Assembly (NCBI GenBank): GCA_049657775.1
Contig: JBASNZ010000085.1
Coordinates: 1 to 61,408 of the forward strand
DNA length: 61,408 nucleotides
From: Coriobacteriia bacterium
Lineage (GTDB): Bacteria > Actinomycetota > Coriobacteriia > Anaerosomatales > Anaerosomataceae
Reading direction: 5' to 3'
The translations under genes were made by a program, and so were the position numbers. The notes under the pieces were generated by a model, which had not been told where the DNA came from, did not search any database, and saw nothing but the letters and a program-made list of their open reading frames with translations. Below, piece by piece: positions 55,776 to 61,408 of this stretch. Position 1 is the stretch's first letter. Every line of letters starts with the position of its first letter.

Positions 55776-58700
55776 TTACTGCAGGGCCATACTTATCGCG
55801 TTGTAGACCCCGTTGCTTACCGCGGATGTGCCTCCAAAGACGTACGACTGCATCACCGCTGCCTTGTTGGCACCGAGGAAGGCAGACGTCTCGGCGGGCA
55901 GGCTGGTGCTTGAAGTGAGCAGCATCGGGCCGCCAAGCCTACCCATGGCCGGACCGCCGGTGAGCGCGTCGGTTGCCGTAGCCGCGACACCGATAGTGGT
56001 GTACGCGAGCCAGCCGTCGGTCTTCGCGCGGGTGGCGAATGCCACAGCGGTCGAGTACCTGTTGGCCCCGGCGATACGGTCGCCCGCGGGCACGCCGAGC
56101 GTCGTAGCCACTCCCGAGCTCACAGCAGTCGTTCCGCCCACGATGTACTTGCGCGTGATGCCAAGCGTCGTGATCGCGTTGCTCGTTGCGGCAGGCACGG
56201 TGGCGGAGCCGACCAGCAGAATCGGATAGTGCACCTTGGCCGCGGCTGGAGATGCCGTGAGCGCGTCGAAGATATTGGTCGTGTTGGCGCCATTGACGAT
56301 GAAAGCCGACGTCGGGAATGCGGCGCCAAGGACGGTCTTCATACGCGTCGCCACGTTCGCTGCCGTTGCGTACCGGTCGGCGCCCGATGGGACGCGCTCG
56401 ACGCTCGTGACGCCGGGGACAGTGGCAAGCGATGCCTGAACCGCGTTGGATACCGCCATCACACCACCAACGATGTGCACCGAGATGCCGTCAGGCATGG
56501 CGATGAGCGCGTTGCGGGTGGCTGCGGGAAGCGTCGTCCGGCTCGTTAGGAGGAGCGGGCCGCCATAGGCGCCGGCAAGGCCGGACGCCGAGAGCGCGTC
56601 CACTTGAGATGCGTCTTCGCCCGCCGCGATGACAACGTGCGTGACTCCTGTCCATGACGGGTATGCCACAAGTCCCGAGTTGACCGCGGTCGCGTATCGA
56701 TCGGTCCCGCTCACCCGGATCGGCGGCGAGAACGGCAGGCCGATCAGTACCGCGTTGGATGCGGTTTCACCGGAGACGTTGTAGGCGACCACGCGATATC
56801 GGTACGCGGGGTGCGTGGCCGTGTTGCTCGTGGTCGTATCGGTGTACGTGGTCGTGTTGGCGAGTGCTTCACCGATGGTCACGTACGCGCCGAGCGTGCC
56901 GTCAGGTGCGTAGGTCGCACGCTGCACGTGGAAGCCGATCTCGTTGGTGGGATCACCAAGCGTGGCAGGTGCGTCTGCCGGAGTGGGATCGACCCAGGTA
57001 AGGTCGACCGGGGCACCCGGCGTGCCCGATGCCACGAGCGAGACCGCACCCGGAACGGCGGTTGCCACTTCGAGTGAGATCGGACGCATCATCTCCATCT
57101 CTTCATGGCTGAGGATGTGGCAGTGCCACATGTACTCCCAGCCGAAGTTATAGATGTCGTTCTGGATGGGTGGGTTGAAGAGCTGTCCGGTGTTGGGGTC
57201 GAGGTTGGAGAAGCCCATCGTGGAGCCAAGCGGCATCGTCGGGTCGAGTGGCCTGACGCTTTCGGGGACGCCGAAGGGGATCTTCGGTGCGATCGGCCTG
57301 AGAGCGACGATCGTGTCCTCGAGCGGGCTCACCCGGACGGTGTCCTTCCAGCCGAGCTCGTTATCGTCGGGGTACCTCAAGAAGCCGTCCCAGCCGACAC
57401 GGTTGATGAGCTGGACGTCGAACAGGTGGAAGTGGATCGGGTGGGTGTCGACGCCGTTGTGGGTGATCTTCCAGATCTGCGTCCCATCACCGAGCACCGG
57501 CGTGAGAGGCTCCATCGCGTCGGTGAGGTTCTCCGTGGACGGATCTATGTAGTTGAGCAGGAGGAAGTTCTGGTTCACCGCGTTTGTGCCCGGCATCTCG
57601 AGCCCGAGCTTGCCGCTCATCCTGCCGTACTGGTCGAACGTTTCACCCTGCTCGTCCTGGATCGCCTTGGGCTCCAGCGGGAACGTCACCGTGCGGCCGT
57701 CAAGGGTCTTGTAGGTGAGCTCGGTGTCGAAAATGCGCACGTACTGGTCCGCCGGGAACGAGGTGGCGTACGTCGAGTCGTAGCGAGCGTCGGGAACGAT
57801 GATCGGGTTCTGAGACTCCGCGAACACGCCCTGCGTGGTTGCCGTGGAGGCGAATGCCGTCTCAAGCGCGGCAAGGTCGAACGAGGCCGCCGGCGTGATG
57901 TCCGCAACCTGGATCTGCATGATCGTTCGCGTATTCGGACCAAAGCCGATCTCGGCGCCCTTCGTACCGCCGGTATCGGTCAGGTCTGGTGCGCCCGTGA
58001 AGTAGTCCAGGCGTGGGTCCCGAGCCGGGAATGCGGCGGGGGCGTCGTTGTACAAGATGAGTGTCTTGCCAGCGTACTTCGAGAAGTCGATGACCACATC
58101 GGCCCTTTCGGCGGGGCCGAGGAGCATCGTGTGCAGGTCGACGTTACCGGCGTTGAACACGGTCGGATCCGCGACCCATGTGATCGGCTGCTGGCCGAAG
58201 ACGGCCGGCTTGGGCAAGAAACCGCCCTCGGTCGCGATCTGGATCCAATCGGGACCGACGGTTGTCGGATCAGGCACGCCGCCCTCGCGCCCATCCGTGG
58301 GCCAGGTCTCCGGGAATCCCGTGGTGATCGCGGCGGGAACCATCTTGACCTCGGTGTTGAGGCGTCCGTCGGCCGAGACCGTGCTGGTGTCGGCTTCGTA
58401 GAGCTGCAGGTTCCAGAACCGGTCGCTGGCCGCGTTCAGGATACGGAGGCGATAGGACTTCGGGTCCACATTGAGCGTCGGGTACACGGCGCCGTTGACC
58501 ACCGGCGTGTCGTGGAAAGCCTCCATGCCCATCGAGTTATCCGGCGTGCCCGGATTGAGCTTGTACTCCCAGGGTGCGTTTATCGGGTCGTAGAGCGGGT
58601 TCGCCACCGGCGGGAACTCGATGTCGGTCGTGGGTGGCCAGAACCAGGGGCCATAGTGCCAACGCCCCATCGCGTTGACACCCGAGATGTCCGCGGGGTT

Positions 58701-59867
58701 CTGGGCGGGCATATAGACGTGCGGGAACCACAGGTCGCCGGTGTGCGGCGTGCCCGGAGTGATGCCCCAGTCCCAGGTGGGATCGGTCGTCGCGATCGTG
58801 CTTGCGTCCACGAACGTCTTGTCCTGGATGATCAGCGGGATCTCATCGGCGGGGATGGTTCCGTCGGCGATGAGCCGCTGCTCGGTGTCGTCGGTGATGA
58901 AGTAGCCGGCGGCCTCGCCCGCGTATACGTTGAGGCGGGTGATGCCGTAGGTGTGGTCGTGGTACCAGAGCATCCGGGCGCTTTGCTGATTGCTGTAGAA
59001 GAGCGTCATCGAGCCATCGCCGGGATCCGGCATGTCGGGGACGTTAACGACGCTGACGCCCTTGGGGTAGGGGGTGTTTTCACCCGCAGGCGTGATCCAC
59101 TGGTGCGGCGTACCGTCGCTGATCCAGACGGTCTTTCCGCCGTGCAGATGGACCGTCGCGCGGTTCTGCGTGTAGTTCATCGGTGTGGCATCCATGCCAA
59201 GCGGGCCCATGCCGGCACCCATGACGGTCGTGTCGACCGGGATGAACAGGTCCCCACCGGCTCCGGTGGGGAGCTTGTTGGTGAACTTCACGCGGACGGG
59301 GCGATCCTTGGTTGCAAGGATCGTTGGCCCGAGATAGCTGATCGGGTCGGGGATGATGGTGTTGTCACCGGCCCCGTCTGTGCCGTTGTTCACCTGAACG
59401 TAGCCGCGAAGCGTGGTCGCGGGCATGTCGGGGTGGAACTGCTGCGTGTATTCACGCAGCTCGATCTCGTAGTAGTCGCTCCCGGGATACGTCGTGGTGT
59501 CCGGGTGGGCCACCGAGAGCGACGGCAGCGGCTGGACGAACTTCTTGAGGAGCGGACTGTACGCCCAGTTGGGCGTCATGCCGAAGTAGTCCGGCGTGTC
59601 TCCGGGTCCGGGCATCGCCATCGCAGGCTTGACACCCTTGAGGGCGGCCAAATCCTGCTTCAGCTTGAGGCGTGCGGCAGCCGCTTCACGCTCATCCTGC
59701 GTGACGCGTGCCGCTGTCTTCTCCCGAACGATTCGAAGGCGCGCCTCTGCGGCCGCCTCCGGACTCACTCCCTTGCTCGTTGCCGCTCCGATGGTCTGCG
59801 CCGGGCCCATCACAAGGGCGACCGCTAGCAGCAACGCCATCATTCGCGGCGTTCGGTGAATACTCAC
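55776..59867 (-). CDS. giant secreted multicopper oxidase with C-terminal CWB2-type cell-wall-binding repeats (1363 aa)
   Basis: Signal peptide; copper ligand motifs WYHDHT, HLHG, MWHCHILSHEEMEMM; C-terminal GTDRYATAVNSG / GADRYATAANVA / GANRYSTAVAFA repeat units. Confidence 0.8.
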   Translation of the reverse strand: MSIHRTPRMMALLLAVALVMGPAQTIGAATSKGVSPEAAAEARLRIVREKTAARVTQDEREAAAARLKLKQDLAALKGVKPAMAMPGPGDTPDYFGMTPNWAYSPLLKKFVQPLPSLSVAHPDTTTYPGSDYYEIELREYTQQFHPDMPATTLRGYVQVNNGTDGAGDNTIIPDPISYLGPTILATKDRPVRVKFTNKLPTGAGGDLFIPVDTTVMGAGMGPLGMDATPMNYTQNRATVHLHGGKTVWISDGTPHQWITPAGENTPYPKGVSVVNVPDMPDPGDGSMTLFYSNQQSARMLWYHDHTYGITRLNVYAGEAAGYFITDDTEQRLIADGTIPADEIPLIIQDKTFVDASTIATTDPTWDWGITPGTPHTGDLWFPHVYMPAQNPADISGVNAMGRWHYGPWFWPPTTDIEFPPVANPLYDPINAPWEYKLNPGTPDNSMGMEAFHDTPVVNGAVYPTLNVDPKSYRLRILNAASDRFWNLQLYEADTSTVSADGRLNTEVKMVPAAITTGFPETWPTDGREGGVPDPTTVGPDWIQIATEGGFLPKPAVFGQQPITWVADPTVFNAGNVDLHTMLLGPAERADVVIDFSKYAGKTLILYNDAPAAFPARDPRLDYFTGAPDLTDTGGTKGAEIGFGPNTRTIMQIQVADITPAASFDLAALETAFASTATTQGVFAESQNPIIVPDARYDSTYATSFPADQYVRIFDTELTYKTLDGRTVTFPLEPKAIQDEQGETFDQYGRMSGKLGLEMPGTNAVNQNFLLLNYIDPSTENLTDAMEPLTPVLGDGTQIWKITHNGVDTHPIHFHLFDVQLINRVGWDGFLRYPDDNELGWKDTVRVSPLEDTIVALRPIAPKIPFGVPESVRPLDPTMPLGSTMGFSNLDPNTGQLFNPPIQNDIYNFGWEYMWHCHILSHEEMEMMRPISLEVATAVPGAVSLVASGTPGAPVDLTWVDPTPADAPATLGDPTNEIGFHVQRATYAPDGTLGAYVTIGEALANTTTYTDTTTSNTATHPAYRYRVVAYNVSGETASNAVLIGLPFSPPIRVSGTDRYATAVNSGLVAYPSWTGVTHVVIAAGEDASQVDALSASGLAGAYGGPLLLTSRTTLPAATRNALIAMPDGISVHIVGGVMAVSNAVQASLATVPGVTSVERVPSGADRYATAANVATRMKTVLGAAFPTSAFIVNGANTTNIFDALTASPAAAKVHYPILLVGSATVPAATSNAITTLGITRKYIVGGTTAVSSGVATTLGVPAGDRIAGANRYSTAVAFATRAKTDGWLAYTTIGVAATATDALTGGPAMGRLGGPMLLTSSTSLPAETSAFLGANKAAVMQSYVFGGTSAVSNGVYNAISMALQ

Positions 59868-60139
59868 CAGTACCCCTCCTTACGTGCGCTCGCTGAATCC
59901 TGATAGCAGTCACGTGCGCTTTGTTAACGCGCGTCCTGTATGTCTGCTGGTACCTACCAACGAATGGCGGAGAATCATCCACCAACTGCGGTAGTTTGTG
60001 ACAAACGGTCACAATGTCGGGCTCAACGTAAGCGTTAAAGTGCGAACGGTGGGCAGCGCGAACAGGCCCGCTGCGCCTGGGTGCATCGAATGAGCGGGGT
60101 GGAGCAGGATTGAGTGGCGGAAGCGGGGAGCGGGCGTGC

Positions 60140-60652
60140 CTAAACGTCGATCTCGGTGGGATGGGATCGCTCGTCGCCGAACCATTCCTCTTCGAAGTCG
60201 CCTTCGGCGATCCGGTCGATGTCCATTCGGATGTACTTACCCGTCGCCTCCACGGCGACCGTGCCATCGGAGAGGACGATCTCGCCGCTGCCCTCGAAGA
60301 GGCGGCCAGCATCGCGTGTGATCCGCCCGACGGCTCGCACGTCTTCGTCAAGCGGCACCGGCTTGCGGAACCGAACGGAGAGCTCGACGGTGACGCCCCA
60401 GGCATCGGGGTCGGCGATGCCGATCGCACGACCGATCGTCTCATCCAGGATGGTGGTCGCGATGCCGCCGTGCAGGCGGCCCGGGTAGCCCTGGTACTCG
60501 GCACGTGGAGTGAACACCGCCACGAGCTCGTCGCCATCGACCTCAAGGAATTGCGCGTGGAGTCCCGCGGTGTTCTCGGTGCCGCAGACCATGCACATCC
60601 GGCTCACGTTCTGGGTGGTCTTCACGCGACGACTCATGGCGGTCTCCTTCAT
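60140..60652 (-). CDS. PaaI-family hotdog-fold thioesterase
   Basis: LHGGIATTILDETIG active-site region; N-terminal CMVCG. Confidence 0.7.
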   Translation of the reverse strand: MKETAMSRRVKTTQNVSRMCMVCGTENTAGLHAQFLEVDGDELVAVFTPRAEYQGYPGRLHGGIATTILDETIGRAIGIADPDAWGVTVELSVRFRKPVPLDEDVRAVGRITRDAGRLFEGSGEIVLSDGTVAVEATGKYIRMDIDRIAEGDFEEEWFGDERSHPTEIDV

Positions 60653-61000
60653 CTTGGGGATCGCGAATCATCATACACATCGGGAGTGTATGTGCTGCAC
60701 GCTCATGGCTCGGGGGTGCCGGCGTGTGTGGGACCGTGCCGCAGTTCATGATCCCCGAACCCGCTGACGGAAGCGTGAGTCGTCAGACGTGGACCAGCCA
60801 GTGCCCCAACGCCGCGATCTACTGGGCGCGCCAAGGTGTTCTACGCGAACTCAACGGCGGATGTCGAGGAGATCGGCTTTGACGAGTGGGCCGCCAAGCC
60901 CGACAAGGTAGAGTATCAGTGGCGAGCGGCGCGTCGTGACCCCACGGCCACTGCCGGTGGTCGCCCGCCTGCAGCTCTCGCACTCGTTCCGGGGAGTCCC

Positions 61001-61408
61001 ATGCTCGCTCATGTCATCGACGAACTCGCGTGCCCACACTGCGGCGCCGCACTCATCGTCGTCGACGCTACGCTGCGCTGCGAAAGCGGGCACTCGTTCG
61101 ACGTCGCGCGCCAGGGTTACGTGAGCCTGCTGCCGCGGGGCGCGCACGCAGATACCGCAGACACGCCGGCGATGGTTGAGGCGCGCGACGCGTTCCTGGG
61201 CGCCGGATACTACGCGCCGATCGCCGGGGCGGTTGCCGACGCGCTCGGCTCCGCGCTCGGCGCTGACGCCTCTGGCTGCGTGGTCGACATCGGCGCAGGC
61301 ACCGGCTACTACCTGGCACGCGTGCTCGACGGCATGCCCCGACTTGCCGGCCTGGCGCTCGACACGTCCAAGCCGGCGCTCCGCCGGGCCGCTCGCGCGC
61401 ACGAGCGC
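61001..61408 (+). CDS. RlmA-family rRNA (guanine-N1)-methyltransferase-like protein, 5' part (runs off the window end)
   Basis: Hand translation MLAHVIDELACPHCGAALIVVDATLRCESGHSFDVARQGYVSLLP (zinc-finger N-terminus) then VVDIGAGTGYY SAM motif; not in the ORF track because no stop occurs before the window end. Confidence 0.65.
   Translation, partial: MLAHVIDELACPHCGAALIVVDATLRCESGHSFDVARQGYVSLLPRGAHADTADTPAMVEARDAFLGAGYYAPIAGAVADALGSALGADASGCVVDIGAGTGYYLARVLDGMPRLAGLALDTSKPALRRAARAHER

Noticed and set aside
57105-59828. 907-aa ORF on the plus strand
   Set aside because: Lies entirely antisense within the multicopper oxidase gene, whose copper-ligand motifs are unambiguous. Low-complexity Arg/Gly/Val-rich translation.
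60851-61402. 183-aa minus-strand ORF at the window end
   Set aside because: Antisense to the RlmA-like gene, whose zinc-finger and SAM motifs read cleanly on the plus strand.
1-61408. Search for CRISPR arrays, IS elements, integrases or prophage genes
   Set aside because: I saw no direct-repeat/spacer arrays, transposase (DDE, HUH) or tyrosine/serine recombinase signatures anywhere in the window. The tRNA cluster at 37.3-47.1 kb is not flanked by an integrase or an att-like duplication.

Overview
High-GC (~65%) bacterial chromosomal segment, probably from a Gram-positive-type organism, since two secreted proteins carry CWB2-type cell-wall-binding repeats. Gene content is mostly housekeeping and physiology: sufCB, serS, pheA, tdh-kbl-ridA, tadA, tdk, mscL, larBC, three P-type ATPases including an MgtA-type Mg2+ importer, a CaCA antiporter, two SPFH/flotillin proteins, an MBOAT/DHHW acyltransferase pair and a 1363-aa cell-wall-anchored multicopper oxidase. 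The main accessory feature is a ~6.7 kb islet (18.9-25.6 kb) between pheA and serS. It holds three VapBC-like toxin-antitoxin pairs, a putative SRA-like+HNH modification-dependent endonuclease, a decayed AlbA_2 gene, a gutted GMC-oxidoreductase pseudogene and an mscL with a C-terminal zinc ribbon. Other unusual items are a glucose-6-phosphate dehydrogenase fused in frame to a short 6-phosphogluconate dehydrogenase, an orphan larB-larC pair, a cluster of four serine-type tRNAs one of which reads as a proline (CGG) anticodon in a Ser-like body, and a 47-aa zinc-ribbon gene the ORF track missed. I found no CRISPR array, transposase or integrase. Coordinates derived by hand (tRNAs, hairpins, internal starts) may be off by 1-2 nt, because my base-by-base reading disagreed with the ORF track by one base at a few homopolymer runs. 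Many long antisense ORFs in the track are GC-driven artefacts and are rejected.
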